A DNA stretch of 64,000 nucleotides from an archaeon (GTDB lineage: Archaea > Asgardarchaeota > Thorarchaeia > Thorarchaeales > Thorarchaeaceae): NCBI GenBank assembly GCA_024276825.1, contig JAJRWI010000010.1, forward strand, positions 32,001 through 96,000, read 5' to 3'. A model generated the notes under the pieces. It made no database searches and was not told the DNA's origin. It saw only the letters and a program-made list of their open reading frames with translations. Position numbers and translations under genes: made by a program. Positions 9,510 to 20,173 of this stretch are shown one piece after another. Position 1 is the first letter of the stretch, and the number at the start of each line of letters is the position of its first letter.

Positions 9510-10484
9510 TCATATGGGAGGCTTGTGCGTCTTCTTATATTCATCACTTGCTTTGGTCCAATTAATGAATTCGTCATTTGGGGGATACTGTTGGTACAAT
9601 AGCCGGCGCCTGGCCTCAAGGCATTCAATTTCCTTGTCAGCAAGTTCAGCCAAGGTAACAATCTCATGGCCATCTTTTAAAGCACTCTTTACTGGCTGTA
9701 GCCATGACACCCACTCCGTAGTTCGCAGTAGATGATGATCTATGGCAATTAAGGGCACGCGAGTTGCAATGTTTACTATAGACCTCTTTGCTATTATTTT
9801 CAGTGATTCGTTGAAATTATTCAGATAGATTGGAGGACCACCCATGATGACAAGATCCGGCTGCTGCGACAGGATGTAGTTCAAGGTGAGTTTTGAAACA
9901 GGACCCTGCACATCAGGTGCGAACATTATACGCGTGTCTTCATGCGTTATTGTTGTAGCAATCACATACCCAAGACGGCTACCCTCAATACCATGCGGAA
10001 GTGGAGAGGAGTACTTGATAGTTGTAGAGCCAAACTCGAAGGTCTTGGCATCCGCCCATTGAATCGATTCCACAACATCCTTCACATCATTTTCAAAAAA
10101 GTGCCCTCTTCTCCTCTGCGATGGATTGATCCTTTCGCGGTTGTCTTTAGCAAATACCACTTTTCCCTCAAACATTCTCTGTAGTTCTTCAAGTGAACTG
10201 AAATTATAGCAAAAATTGGTGAAACCAGGTCTGACATGATCGTAATGATAATGACTGATTGAAAGAATGTCGGCGGTTCTTGCCCATACAAATATCTGAT
10301 TGAGTATGTCCATAAGGCGCCTGTATTCGAGGGGATGAGGTTCAAGACCATGTCGTTTGGATAGAGCGGCTGAGGGGTCAAGAAGGACTGAAACATCAGG
10401 CGTTTTGATGAAGGTACAAAGTGATCTTACACCGAGACTCTCTGACCCAACGGGAATGACCTCGATGTCATTAATCTTCAACAT
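9510..10484 (-). CDS. Metallo-beta-lactamase fold protein (UPF0282)
   Basis: 'ESLGVRS', 'ISHYHYDH', 'PHG', 'DVQGP', 'DHHLLR'. Confidence 0.9.
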   Translation of the reverse strand: MLKINDIEVIPVGSESLGVRSLCTFIKTPDVSVLLDPSAALSKRHGLEPHPLEYRRLMDILNQIFVWARTADILSISHYHYDHVRPGFTNFCYNFSSLEELQRMFEGKVVFAKDNRERINPSQRRRGHFFENDVKDVVESIQWADAKTFEFGSTTIKYSSPLPHGIEGSRLGYVIATTITHEDTRIMFAPDVQGPVSKLTLNYILSQQPDLVIMGGPPIYLNNFNESLKIIAKRSIVNIATRVPLIAIDHHLLRTTEWVSWLQPVKSALKDGHEIVTLAELADKEIECLEARRRLLYQQYPPNDEFINWTKASDEYKKTHKPPI

Positions 10485-10979
10485 CTAGACCTCGCGATAA
10501 TAGTTCAGATGATAGCCCGTGCCATCACTGACAAGTTCTGCCTCGAACATGGCGACATTGTTGATGCCATTGATGTAGGATCTGAACATCTCCCAGTCGG
10601 AAGGGAGGAACTGGTCCTTGAGTGAGAAGACCTCATCAATTGTGAAGAGCGCAAGTTCACCTTCACGATTTCCCTTCTGAAATGATGTAATGGATGCCGT
10701 TCCAAGGAAGATGAGAAAGTGTGCAAGCAGATTATCTTGGTTGTCAACAAGGCGCTCTGTGATAAGCCCAAGGTATTTGTAATCAGCAACATTGGGAGCA
10801 CCGGTCTCTTCTATCACTTCTCTTTTGGCAGCTGGACGTATATGCTCCCCTGTTTCCACTTTGCCCCCAACAAGACTCCAAAGACCCTCATATGGAGGTT
10901 TGTTTCTTTTAATGAATAGGTATTTGCCATTGCAGTTGAGAATGGTTATCACAATTGGAACCATTTTACTCATTATCAT
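10485..10979 (-). CDS. NUDIX hydrolase
   Basis: Nudix box 'GGKVETGE...AAKREVIEETG'. Confidence 0.9.
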   Translation of the reverse strand: MIMSKMVPIVITILNCNGKYLFIKRNKPPYEGLWSLVGGKVETGEHIRPAAKREVIEETGAPNVADYKYLGLITERLVDNQDNLLAHFLIFLGTASITSFQKGNREGELALFTIDEVFSLKDQFLPSDWEMFRSYINGINNVAMFEAELVSDGTGYHLNYYREV

Positions 10980-11055
10980 GACTCCGCAGTATTATGAGCT
11001 CTCAATAGCGGGTCAAGATTAATAGTCATTTCCAATGAATAGATGATGAGGAATA

Positions 11056-12513
11056 TTGAAAATCATGATAGACGAGGATGTTAGAAAGCAGGTCTTGGCA
11101 GAGATCTCACCCACGCAAGAAGAGATTGAGCATCAGAGTAGAGTTATTTCAGTCATCACCAAGGCAATCACTGACAAAGCCAAGGAGATTGGCCAATCAT
11201 ATGTGATTATTGAGCCACAGGGATCAACAGGTATCAAGCAGACTCAACTGAGAGGTGCTGCAGATATAGATCTCTTTGTTGGCCTAGACCCCACCGACTA
11301 TGAAGACATCATAGAACGACAACCAAAAGTCAGGAAGAAGAAACTGTGGGGAGTCTTCAACCAACTCATTGATTTATGGTTTATGCCAGCCATGAGTGCA
11401 GTGGGCGCATTAGACATCAAGAAGACATATTCTGAACACCCATATCTATCATGTGTGATTGATGGACTAGATATTGACATTGTGAGTTATTTTCATTTGT
11501 CAAAAGATGAACTTCTGAAGAAAGGACCAATCACTGCTGTTGATAGAACTGTCCATCATTCAAGGTATGTTGTTGATAGATTGACTGATGAGAAACGCGA
11601 GAATGTGAGGATTCTCAAGTCATTTGTAAAGGCATGCTATACTTATGGTGACACTTCAGCTATTGGAAAAAATGGCTTTACTGGATATGCTCTTGAATTG
11701 ATATCCATTGATTCAAAGTCTATCGATGATGCATTTTTGAAGTTGTTCAATCTTGATGGTTCTCCGATTGACCCAAGAAAAAGAAGCCTGAGAGAACTCA
11801 GAGCAATCCCAGCATTTAGAGATGATCTTGTCTTTGTCATCGATCCTACCGACTTGAATCGGAATGTGACATCAAGCCTTGACCCTCGATCATATCATTG
11901 GACAAGAGTGATGATAAGGCGACTGGAGAAATATCTGAAAGCGGGCAATAAAGAGGGTGCAGTGGACATTCTACTGGAAAGACCAATTCCTACAGACCCA
12001 CCCCCAAGGGGTTTGACGCGTCATCTTCGCGCATTCGAGTTTCATTCTGATGGGTCGTACCATTATACCATTGTTCGAGATAAATTGTATCGTTTTGCAA
12101 GGAAAATGACGGGCGAACTCATGAGAGAACCGACAGGTGAGCCTCGATTTGGAAGGACCATCTTTGAACTCTATTTTGAGGGTGATGAGTTCGCACTGGG
12201 GGTCTATGTGGAAAAGCCAGAGATCCCAGAGAGATATGAGAGAAGAGGGCCTGCGCTGAATCTTGAGCGAGCGGTTAATGAGTTTAAGCGACGAAATCCC
12301 GACTATTTTGAGAGAGATGGCTATGTCTGGGCCGTTAAAAAAAGAAAGTGGACATCCGCATGGAGCTTGATTGAAAATCTACTCAATAAGAACAAAATCA
12401 AGGGCGTGACATCTGTGGAACATAGTGGGGTGGTTTCTGCCAGGTTGTTGTATGTTCTTTCAAACTGTATTATCCCCTTGGAACTTCATCAAGGGCAATT
12501 AGAAAGAGATTAG
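11056..12513 (+). CDS. cca: Class I CCA tRNA nucleotidyltransferase
   Basis: 'GST...TQLRGAADIDLF', 'YSEHPY', 'TAVDRTVHH', 'GFTGYALEL', 'DPTDLNRNV'. Confidence 0.85.
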   Translation: MKIMIDEDVRKQVLAEISPTQEEIEHQSRVISVITKAITDKAKEIGQSYVIIEPQGSTGIKQTQLRGAADIDLFVGLDPTDYEDIIERQPKVRKKKLWGVFNQLIDLWFMPAMSAVGALDIKKTYSEHPYLSCVIDGLDIDIVSYFHLSKDELLKKGPITAVDRTVHHSRYVVDRLTDEKRENVRILKSFVKACYTYGDTSAIGKNGFTGYALELISIDSKSIDDAFLKLFNLDGSPIDPRKRSLRELRAIPAFRDDLVFVIDPTDLNRNVTSSLDPRSYHWTRVMIRRLEKYLKAGNKEGAVDILLERPIPTDPPPRGLTRHLRAFEFHSDGSYHYTIVRDKLYRFARKMTGELMREPTGEPRFGRTIFELYFEGDEFALGVYVEKPEIPERYERRGPALNLERAVNEFKRRNPDYFERDGYVWAVKKRKWTSAWSLIENLLNKNKIKGVTSVEHSGVVSARLLYVLSNCIIPLELHQGQLERD

Positions 12514-12546
12514 TACGATGACGCAATACCGTCTGTGTGAGTTGCG

Positions 12547-13614
12547 GTGAGTAAGATAATTTACATCTCTGATAAGAGGACAAACGAGCATGCTTCACCA
12601 TTTCCAAAGCCTAATCTCGAGTCCTTTGATCGTCCAATCAGGACAGAAATGATAGAACGATATCTTGAAGAGAGAGGGGTCTTTAAGAGAGTGCCCAGAA
12701 TTACACCAAGAAAGGCGTCAAAGGAGGATGTGTTGGTTGTTCACACACCATATGTTTATGATTCTGTCAGACTCATGTCCGAATTGGGTAGTGGACAATT
12801 GGGAGAGGCTGCATATGCCAGTCCAACACTATTGAGGGATGCTCTCTCTGCCGTGGGAGGCGCCATTACAGGTATTGAGAAGGTCACAAAGGGTGATGCA
12901 AAGTATGCTCTATCGATAATGAGACCCCCGGGCCATCATGCTTCAACCTCGACCCCATCAGGACTTTGCTATTTCAACAATGCTGCAATTGCTGTGAAAT
13001 ATGCAGTCAATAACCTAGGAGTGCGCAGGGTTTCAATCATTGACATTGATGATCATTTTGGTAATGGCACCTCAGAGATATTCTATGCGGACCCAGATGT
13101 GCAATTCATCAGTATTCATGAGTACGACTATGTCAACTTTGGAACGGGCCATTTTGAAGAGATGGGATATGGAAATGCTATTGGCACGAATATCAATGTC
13201 CCACTTATTGAAACAGCATCAAACAAGACCTATGGAGAGGTCATGAAGAAGATAATTACTCCTGCAGTATCAAGATTCAGACCTGAGATAATAGTCATAT
13301 CGGCAGGCTATGACACACATTATTCAGACCCTGTAGGAAACATGGGTGTGGATTCAAGGACTTATTGGGCATTTGGAAGGCTTGTTGATGGCCTTGTTTC
13401 AAAGTACAATATGAAGGGATCACTCTGGGTTCTGGAAGGAGGCTATAACCCCTTTGCACTAGGACCTTCAATTGAAGCCACAATTATTGGCCTAGAAAAT
13501 GGAGAGCAACCACGACTTCAAGACCAAGCAGATCTTAGCATTGATAGAAATGTGTATGAGATGAACCATGAAGTGATTGAGAAAGTCTATGAAACTATCA
13601 GTCCATACTGGTGA
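12547..13614 (+). CDS. Histone deacetylase / acetylpolyamine amidohydrolase family
   Basis: 'RPPGHHA', 'GLCYFNN', 'DIDDHFGNGT', 'SAGYD', 'LEGGY'. Confidence 0.92.
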   Translation: MSKIIYISDKRTNEHASPFPKPNLESFDRPIRTEMIERYLEERGVFKRVPRITPRKASKEDVLVVHTPYVYDSVRLMSELGSGQLGEAAYASPTLLRDALSAVGGAITGIEKVTKGDAKYALSIMRPPGHHASTSTPSGLCYFNNAAIAVKYAVNNLGVRRVSIIDIDDHFGNGTSEIFYADPDVQFISIHEYDYVNFGTGHFEEMGYGNAIGTNINVPLIETASNKTYGEVMKKIITPAVSRFRPEIIVISAGYDTHYSDPVGNMGVDSRTYWAFGRLVDGLVSKYNMKGSLWVLEGGYNPFALGPSIEATIIGLENGEQPRLQDQADLSIDRNVYEMNHEVIEKVYETISPYW

Positions 13615-13687
13615 AGTACGGCGCGATAATTAACGTTTTAAGTAAAATCTGTGGGAACGCACAAGAAGCAATTCGGTGGAAGTAAAA

Positions 13688-13972
13688 GTGGCAAAGAAGA
13701 GAAAATCTGGTGGCCGAAGCAAGGGCTCTTCTGGAAAGTCAGGCACTGTTCAGTGCTCGTCTTGCGGAAGAATAGTCCCAGCTGATAAGGCCAAAAAGTT
13801 CACAAGAAGAGTTTCAGCTGTCGATCCACAGTTGGCAAGAGAACTTCGAAAGCAGGGAAGTTTCATTCCTGTCAGAAGAGTCACGCAATATTATTGCGTC
13901 AGCTGTGCTGTGCACACTGGTAGAGTCCAAATAAGACAGGCCAGTGAGAGAAAACAGAAAGGAAGACGCTAG
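13688..13972 (+). CDS. rps26e: Ribosomal protein S26e (eS26)
   Basis: 'KKRKSGGRSK...VQCSSCGRIVPADKAKK...YCVSCAVH...R'. Probable GTG start at 13688. Confidence 0.95.
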   Translation: MAKKRKSGGRSKGSSGKSGTVQCSSCGRIVPADKAKKFTRRVSAVDPQLARELRKQGSFIPVRRVTQYYCVSCAVHTGRVQIRQASERKQKGRR

Positions 13973-14046
13973 AAAAATACACGATGAACGATAGCAAGTC
14001 CTCAATCCGGAAAGAGTGAGGAATGTAAGTCTAGCTGGTACTCCAA

Positions 14047-14640
14047 ATGTCACATTTCACAGAATTGCTCAGATTCATTCTTGTCATGCCAGAAACTCCC
14101 ATATCTGGCGACTTCATATTAAAGGACCTGCCTAGTTCGGGAAAACGTATTGACATTCTGTGCAGGACTCTGGCTGCGTGCTTTGACTGGGCGCCTGAGA
14201 TATGGCCAAAGGAAAAGCTGGAAGTAATGGCAGTTCTAATGAATAGCATTACTCTCAAATTCAGAATGCCCCCAAGACTGCCTCTCAATGAGGTAGAGTG
14301 GGCCAGTGATATACAAAGGTCTCTAAGGGGGAGTCCTCCAGAGTATATTACTATTAGCCATGAAGATCTTAATGAGGCCATATCACACATCAAGACAGAG
14401 GGGGGTCAGATCTGGGTGCTAGAAGAGAATGGTAAACCCATGCATATTGTTCGAAGCCTAAAACCAGCAGTTAAGAATAGTTTTATGTTGGGAGACCATA
14501 AAGGCTTTGATGAATACTCTGCAGGATTAATAAAAGAACACAATCTAAAGACAATATCATTGGGCAAAACTAGCTACTTGGGCAGCCATTGCGTAGCCGC
14601 AGTGATTGCCAGAATGGAGAGGCTGTTGACAGATGAGTGA
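14047..14640 (+). CDS. trmY: tRNA (pseudouridine54-N1)-methyltransferase, SPOUT family
   Basis: 'LKDLPSSGKRIDILCR', 'FMLGDHKG', 'ISLG..SYLGSHC'. Confidence 0.85.
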   Translation: MSHFTELLRFILVMPETPISGDFILKDLPSSGKRIDILCRTLAACFDWAPEIWPKEKLEVMAVLMNSITLKFRMPPRLPLNEVEWASDIQRSLRGSPPEYITISHEDLNEAISHIKTEGGQIWVLEENGKPMHIVRSLKPAVKNSFMLGDHKGFDEYSAGLIKEHNLKTISLGKTSYLGSHCVAAVIARMERLLTDE

Positions 14641-14980
14641 AAGGGACCCCCCGTTGGATTCAAAGGCGGTAAAGCGCCTAATCAAGAAGATGACTAAAGA
14701 GATGCTATGGATCTATATTCTCCGCCTATTGCAAGAGAGACCTCATTACGGCTATGAGATCAAAGAACTGATATCAAGACGTTTCAATTTCTCTCCCGCA
14801 ACAGTGAGTGGTTATGCCATTATTTACAAACTCAAGACAGACGGGCTTATTGAGGAGCAGGAGTCAGAAGAAGCCCCGAGGAAATATTATGCCATTACTG
14901 AGAAAGGTAGAAAGGCCATGATTGTGGCAAAAGAGTTTCTGTCCAACACAATGAATACCGTCTTCGATCTAACCGAGTAG
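14633..14980 (+). CDS. PadR family transcriptional regulator
   Basis: 'PHYGYEI', 'RKYYAITEKG'. Confidence 0.9.
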   Translation: MSERDPPLDSKAVKRLIKKMTKEMLWIYILRLLQERPHYGYEIKELISRRFNFSPATVSGYAIIYKLKTDGLIEEQESEEAPRKYYAITEKGRKAMIVAKEFLSNTMNTVFDLTE

Positions 14981-15007
14981 TAATGTTGCATGAGTTATTG
15001 AGTATTG

Positions 15008-15703
15008 TTATTGACTCTCGGCAGATGTCCCATTATTAATCATTTTCTGGGCATATCTCAATCTCTGAACCACTGTAATATGCGAAAGTATGCCAACTAT
15101 TACTATGCAGAGAGTAAGGATATTGACAATGTTTAGGGATACAAGCCAGTCATTAATGAGAGCTGGCAAGTATAAGGAGTAGCCAATCCAACCATCAATT
15201 GGATCAATCGATAATAAAAGTATTCCAGCAATTGTCAGAATGAGCTTCTCTTGACGTTCTGCAATACCCACTGTGCAACTCTCCAATCCGCCAACTGATT
15301 CGGCTTTGGCCCGTGTAAAGCTGGCCATTATCATACCAAACAGTGTAAAGTAGCCCCATTCCCAAGGAATGAATTTAGTGGCCGATGTCATGGGTCCCAA
15401 CATCAGACCAAACATGAAGATGAACTCAGCATATCGATCAAGTGTGTGATCGAGTGTCGCACCAAATGGGGAGCTTAGATTGGCTGCTCTAGCAACAGCA
15501 CCATCAAACATATCCATGACGATTGTCAGAATCATAAACACAAGTCCTATGATAAGACTGCCCAGATAGAAGTAGTAAGCTGAAATCAATGCTACAAGAA
15601 CTGTGAGAATTGTGATCTTATTCGGTGTTATTCCGGTTCTTGCAAGTGCTCGTCCCACTGGCATCATTACCTTTTGATATCTTTCTCTGAGCTGTCCTAA
15701 CAT
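15008..15703 (-). CDS. CDP-alcohol phosphatidyltransferase (archaetidylinositol-phosphate synthase-like)
   Basis: 'TPNKIT', 'DMFDGAVAR...G...D...DRYAE', 'SFTRAKAES...GIAERQE'. Probable start is Met at 15703. Confidence 0.88.
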   Translation of the reverse strand: MLGQLRERYQKVMMPVGRALARTGITPNKITILTVLVALISAYYFYLGSLIIGLVFMILTIVMDMFDGAVARAANLSSPFGATLDHTLDRYAEFIFMFGLMLGPMTSATKFIPWEWGYFTLFGMIMASFTRAKAESVGGLESCTVGIAERQEKLILTIAGILLLSIDPIDGWIGYSLYLPALINDWLVSLNIVNILTLCIVIVGILSHITVVQRLRYAQKMINNGTSAESQ

Positions 15704-15785
15704 GGTTGATACTTCCAGATTGCTAGCTGGTAGCGCACCATCGGCCAATTTGGTCTGTCTAATAAAGATACTGAGTGAGGCGCTT

Positions 15786-17450
15786 TTATAGAACGCTTGA
15801 TATTCTATCAGCAACCCACCTCTGCCCAAGCATCTTTATGAATGGCGCTAGACGCGGCCCTGACTTTCGAGATATCAGAATCCTATATAGGACCATAAAT
15901 GCACGACGTTCCTTCAGACCGACTGCACGAGCCTCCTCAAAAACAGCAGACTGAAGTGTGTCCTCATCAAGGTCCTTTTCTTGCAGCACATCCACTATGC
16001 GTTTCAGGAATTCCTTATCAGTGTCTGTCAATGTCGCACGAATCTCATCGGGAACTCTGTCAGGGACATCAATTCTGTCGTTCTTTGAGCCGAACAGCTC
16101 AACCCAGCGCCGTGCCCGATTAAGTCGTTTCACTATATGATTATCTGTCTCCTCAGTTAAAGTGTCAATATTATGTTGTTTCATGATCACCTCGCGTGAT
16201 CGTTCAAGTACAATCTCATGTCCGAGTATGCCTTCCAATTGGGACATCACAATGGCGTACTTGAATGGTAGCTTGGGAGGGCATTGAGCAGAAGGTTCGC
16301 CAACAAGAGTTAGGGGATAAACAAGTTTGACTAATTCTCTGTATTGGCCATCAGCCTTCTCAAGGCCATAGTATATTCTCTCAAACCGTTCATATTCATC
16401 AATCAGATCGGGAAGCCGTTCTGGTTGGATGTTTATCGCCCTTGCAAGGTCTGTTCGAAGCATGAAGAATCGATAGAGTTCAGGAGGAGCAATCTCTGCC
16501 CATAAATGAGGGACAAACACTATCCCTTCAGATGTGCTCATATCGCGGCCCCCAATCCTGACCCATTCATAGGGGACTTTAACAGGACCGTCCCACTTGA
16601 ACACCCTCCGGGAGATCTCAAGACCAGTGTCATAGGATCCTCCTTTGACAGCATGATCTTTGCCAGCAGGTTCACATGTGACGCTCAATATATACCACTT
16701 CGATGGCCAGTCTACACGCCATACAAGTTTGATCCGAACATCCGTGAGGGGCAATGTGTCAGAATGTCCACATGCATGGCATGTGAATGAAACAAGGTCA
16801 TTCTCAGGATCATATACAGTGACTCGATTCGGTCTTATCTCACCCTTGACCCCAGATTGGAGATGGCCGCATTTGGGACAGACCACTGAGGCAGGATACC
16901 AGTTCTTCATTGATTGAATATATTTCTCGCGCTGTTCATTGTTGAAGTCGCGCCCTACATAGTCAATCATAATCTCTCTGATAACCTCAGTGTTCTTTAG
17001 ACAGGTTCTAACAGCCTTACGCATCTCGGGGGTTTCATAGATTTTGGATGTCCAGACCACCTCGGGGTCAACCCCAAATTCCGGGAAGGTTTCAATCAGT
17101 TCGTTTGCCCAATGAGCGCCGTAGCTCTCGCAACACCCAAATTCATCAGGCACATCGCAATAGGGAATGCCAACCCAATCTTCAATCTTGAGCGACACCG
17201 ACTTGGGAAATGATCGCACGGGGTCATAGTCGTCCACAACAAACATTGTCTTTGCCCGTTTTCCCAGTTTAACGAGCTCTCGTTTAATCACATCACTTAT
17301 TATCAGTTCACGCATGAAGCCGATATGAATACTACCACTTGGGCTTTTTCCCGAGCTGATGATATATTCATCAGCATCACGCTCTAGGACTCTGTTAACA
17401 ACTTCTGATATCCAGTGAATTGAGAGCTCTTCGTGGGCATCGTCTGTCAT
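15786..17450 (-). CDS. lysS: Class I lysyl-tRNA synthetase
   Basis: 'SPSGSIHIG', 'WRVDWP', 'EPAGKDH', 'MSTSEG' (KMSKS-like), 'GPRLAPF'. Probable start at 17450. Confidence 0.95.
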   Translation of the reverse strand: MTDDAHEELSIHWISEVVNRVLERDADEYIISSGKSPSGSIHIGFMRELIISDVIKRELVKLGKRAKTMFVVDDYDPVRSFPKSVSLKIEDWVGIPYCDVPDEFGCCESYGAHWANELIETFPEFGVDPEVVWTSKIYETPEMRKAVRTCLKNTEVIREIMIDYVGRDFNNEQREKYIQSMKNWYPASVVCPKCGHLQSGVKGEIRPNRVTVYDPENDLVSFTCHACGHSDTLPLTDVRIKLVWRVDWPSKWYILSVTCEPAGKDHAVKGGSYDTGLEISRRVFKWDGPVKVPYEWVRIGGRDMSTSEGIVFVPHLWAEIAPPELYRFFMLRTDLARAINIQPERLPDLIDEYERFERIYYGLEKADGQYRELVKLVYPLTLVGEPSAQCPPKLPFKYAIVMSQLEGILGHEIVLERSREVIMKQHNIDTLTEETDNHIVKRLNRARRWVELFGSKNDRIDVPDRVPDEIRATLTDTDKEFLKRIVDVLQEKDLDEDTLQSAVFEEARAVGLKERRAFMVLYRILISRKSGPRLAPFIKMLGQRWVADRISSVL

Positions 17451-17497
17451 GTTAATCCTCATGACTAGACAAGTCTGTTCTCTAAAGAAGATTACTC

Positions 17498-19348
17498 TCA
17501 AACTGAGAATTCTGAAACTCTAAGATCAGTTCTACTACTAAAGACCATGTAAACAGGAATTGCTGCCAGCACAACCACTACAACCAAAGCTATTGCCATC
17601 AATGCCATTGATAGTGGTAGGAATACAATTGATGGTACTGCGGCTTCTGGAACAAGGAGGTAGACACTGAAAAGGGTTGCAGCGAATATCGCGGGTATGC
17701 CCGATGCCATTCCAATCCCCACGCCTTCTGCAATCATGGTCTTTGCAATGAACGAGGGCTTGGCACCCACCGACCGCATTATTACATAGTCTCGGAATCT
17801 GCTAAAGACAGACACTAGAATGTAGTTCATCAGACTAAGAAATGAACTTATCAGAGCAATGACGGGGAGAGGCATCAGTAATGACCAGAAAGACCGGATT
17901 GTTAGTATATTATGCTCTAATACATCATTTTGCAGATAAATGCTAAGATTCCATTTAGCTGCCAAGGCTTCCAACTGAGAGATATAGGCTTCCGAGTACT
18001 CCTCTATCTGAACCAGGAGTAAATTGGTCCCCGACACATCCCAATAGTCTTGCATGTCCTCAAGAGGCATCAGTGCAACCATGCCACCATTTAGAATATC
18101 AAAAGCGATTCCCTGAACATGAATGGATTTGCCGCGTATCCCGAAGCTCTGAATAAGAGGGTCATCAAAATAATTCAGTGCAAATTCACCGCCGACCCAC
18201 GCCTGGCCATGATCATCGATCTCGAGTCCTTCATAATACCAATCGGACAAGGTCTCATTCCAGTTTAGACCAACAATAAGAGCAGATCCGTTTCTTGTTT
18301 GTCCCACCAGTTCATATTGCTCGAGAGTAGGATTCCACACACTCACTTGGTTCTCCACGAACTCTTCATAGGCAAGAAGTCGTGACTCTGTCTGTGTCAC
18401 CCAGTATAGTGATTCGACTTGATCAATCAGTTCTGGTGGTATCATATGTTCATTCTCAAGAAAATCAAACGAATCATTAACAGGGTTACCCGTAAGAGAA
18501 TAAGCATCATAGTATTGTTGTAGTAAGGAGGGGTTGCCAATGGCGACAATATTCTGACCCATGGAACGTATCACATAAGCATCGGTGGTTGTTTCAACAA
18601 TTCCACCGCCAATCCAAAGAATAGATGCGAGAGAGATACTGAAGAACAGTGCAAGCATGACTCTTTTCGTGCCTTTAACGCGACGACCAGTGGCCTTAGA
18701 TGCGATTCTGAAGGATATTCCGAATCCATCAAGAAACCCGTGTTTCTTCACACGTGTGCCAAGATCTGGATTAAGGGCTTTGAAGGGGGTCATATTGACA
18801 AGTTCATACAATGGCTTCTGAGCTGATATATATCCAGTAAACAGAAAGATCACAGTCATGACAATTATCTGCAGGAGTGGAAATTGAAACGTGAATGTGA
18901 TAGACGGTATCATGAAGGCCAGCCAAATCAGGCCTAATAGGTATATCAGCACGCCTATGGATATTCCAAGAATAAGGCTTAGGACAAGAACAATCATTGC
19001 CTGGGCCATGAAATGATCGAATATTGTGTCCATTAACGTTCCGATGGACTTCATTAGGCCAATATCTTTTCTTCTGTTTAATATCTCAGTTGATAGAGTG
19101 CTGGATATTACAACAATTCCAAGAAGAATAACAAGAAAGAGGACAGACCAGATGAAGGTTTCAAAGAAGACTCCAAGGGCAGAGCTCATAGCCCCAGATG
19201 TGAGAACACTTGTGACGTCCAAGAGCAGGTTGCTGAACAGGAATAGAAATGTGGTTGTTGCTATGACAGTGATTAAGGAGAGAAGAGTCATTGAGGTATG
19301 GAACGGGCGCCTTTTGAGATCAGTAGATGCATAGTCTTGTTCACTCAT
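17498..19348 (-). CDS. FtsX/MacB-type ABC permease with two FtsX repeats
   Basis: 'RRKDIGLMKSIG' and 'RFRDYVIMRSVGA' motifs, with an extracellular domain between them. Confidence 0.88.
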   Translation of the reverse strand: MSEQDYASTDLKRRPFHTSMTLLSLITVIATTTFLFLFSNLLLDVTSVLTSGAMSSALGVFFETFIWSVLFLVILLGIVVISSTLSTEILNRRKDIGLMKSIGTLMDTIFDHFMAQAMIVLVLSLILGISIGVLIYLLGLIWLAFMIPSITFTFQFPLLQIIVMTVIFLFTGYISAQKPLYELVNMTPFKALNPDLGTRVKKHGFLDGFGISFRIASKATGRRVKGTKRVMLALFFSISLASILWIGGGIVETTTDAYVIRSMGQNIVAIGNPSLLQQYYDAYSLTGNPVNDSFDFLENEHMIPPELIDQVESLYWVTQTESRLLAYEEFVENQVSVWNPTLEQYELVGQTRNGSALIVGLNWNETLSDWYYEGLEIDDHGQAWVGGEFALNYFDDPLIQSFGIRGKSIHVQGIAFDILNGGMVALMPLEDMQDYWDVSGTNLLLVQIEEYSEAYISQLEALAAKWNLSIYLQNDVLEHNILTIRSFWSLLMPLPVIALISSFLSLMNYILVSVFSRFRDYVIMRSVGAKPSFIAKTMIAEGVGIGMASGIPAIFAATLFSVYLLVPEAAVPSIVFLPLSMALMAIALVVVVVLAAIPVYMVFSSRTDLRVSEFSV

Positions 19349-20117
19349 CCGGAATCAACTCGCCATGAGACATATGAAAGAGTCGTGCGGAAGGAGCCCT
19401 GATAATCTTCTCATCATGTGTCATTACAACCACCGTTTTCCCATTTCGGTTAAGATCTAGGAGGATATCACGCACCATGTTTGAGCTCTCTTCATCTAGA
19501 TTAGCAGTTGGTTCATCAGCAAGGATTATTGGCGGGTCATTCGCCATCGCGCGGGCAATTGCTACACGTTGCTGTTCTCCAGAACTTAACTGCCAAGGCA
19601 AGTGGTCCAGTCGTTCTTCAAGCTTGACTTGCTGCAAGAGGTGTTTCGCATCCTCACGAAGGCGCTTAATGGAACGTGGGAACAATTGCATTGGAAACAT
19701 CACATTCTCAATAGCAGTCAGTGTGGAGATGAGGTTATAACTCTGAAATATGAAGCCAGTGTTCTGAAGTCGAAAGGTAGCTCTGAAGCTCTCATCATAG
19801 TCGCCAATAGGGACATCCATCACCGTGATCCTGCCAGATGTAGGAAGGTCTATTGCACCAATTATGTTTAGTAGTGTGGTCTTGCCAGAACCAGAAGGAC
19901 CATAGATTACTATCAGGTCGCCAGGGCTCACATTAAGACTGATGTTGCGTACTGCATGAATGATACGGCCACCCAGATTATAATCGCGGGACACATTTTC
20001 AAGGCGTATTGCATGCTTGACAGGGAAAAGTCCCTCTAGATCGTCAAGGTCAACTTCTTCATCCTGAGGATGGCTCCCAAGAATTGTATCATCGTCCATT
20101 TGTTTTAGACACTCCAT
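19341..20117 (-). CDS. ABC ATPase, LolD/MacB type
   Basis: GPSGSGKTT, LSSGEQQRVAIARA, DEPTANLD. Confidence 0.92.
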   Translation of the reverse strand: MECLKQMDDDTILGSHPQDEEVDLDDLEGLFPVKHAIRLENVSRDYNLGGRIIHAVRNISLNVSPGDLIVIYGPSGSGKTTLLNIIGAIDLPTSGRITVMDVPIGDYDESFRATFRLQNTGFIFQSYNLISTLTAIENVMFPMQLFPRSIKRLREDAKHLLQQVKLEERLDHLPWQLSSGEQQRVAIARAMANDPPIILADEPTANLDEESSNMVRDILLDLNRNGKTVVVMTHDEKIIRAPSARLFHMSHGELIPDE

Positions 20118-20173
20118 AGGATAATATGATTCACAATAGATTCATCAATTCACCATGTGAACGGTTCATGCGG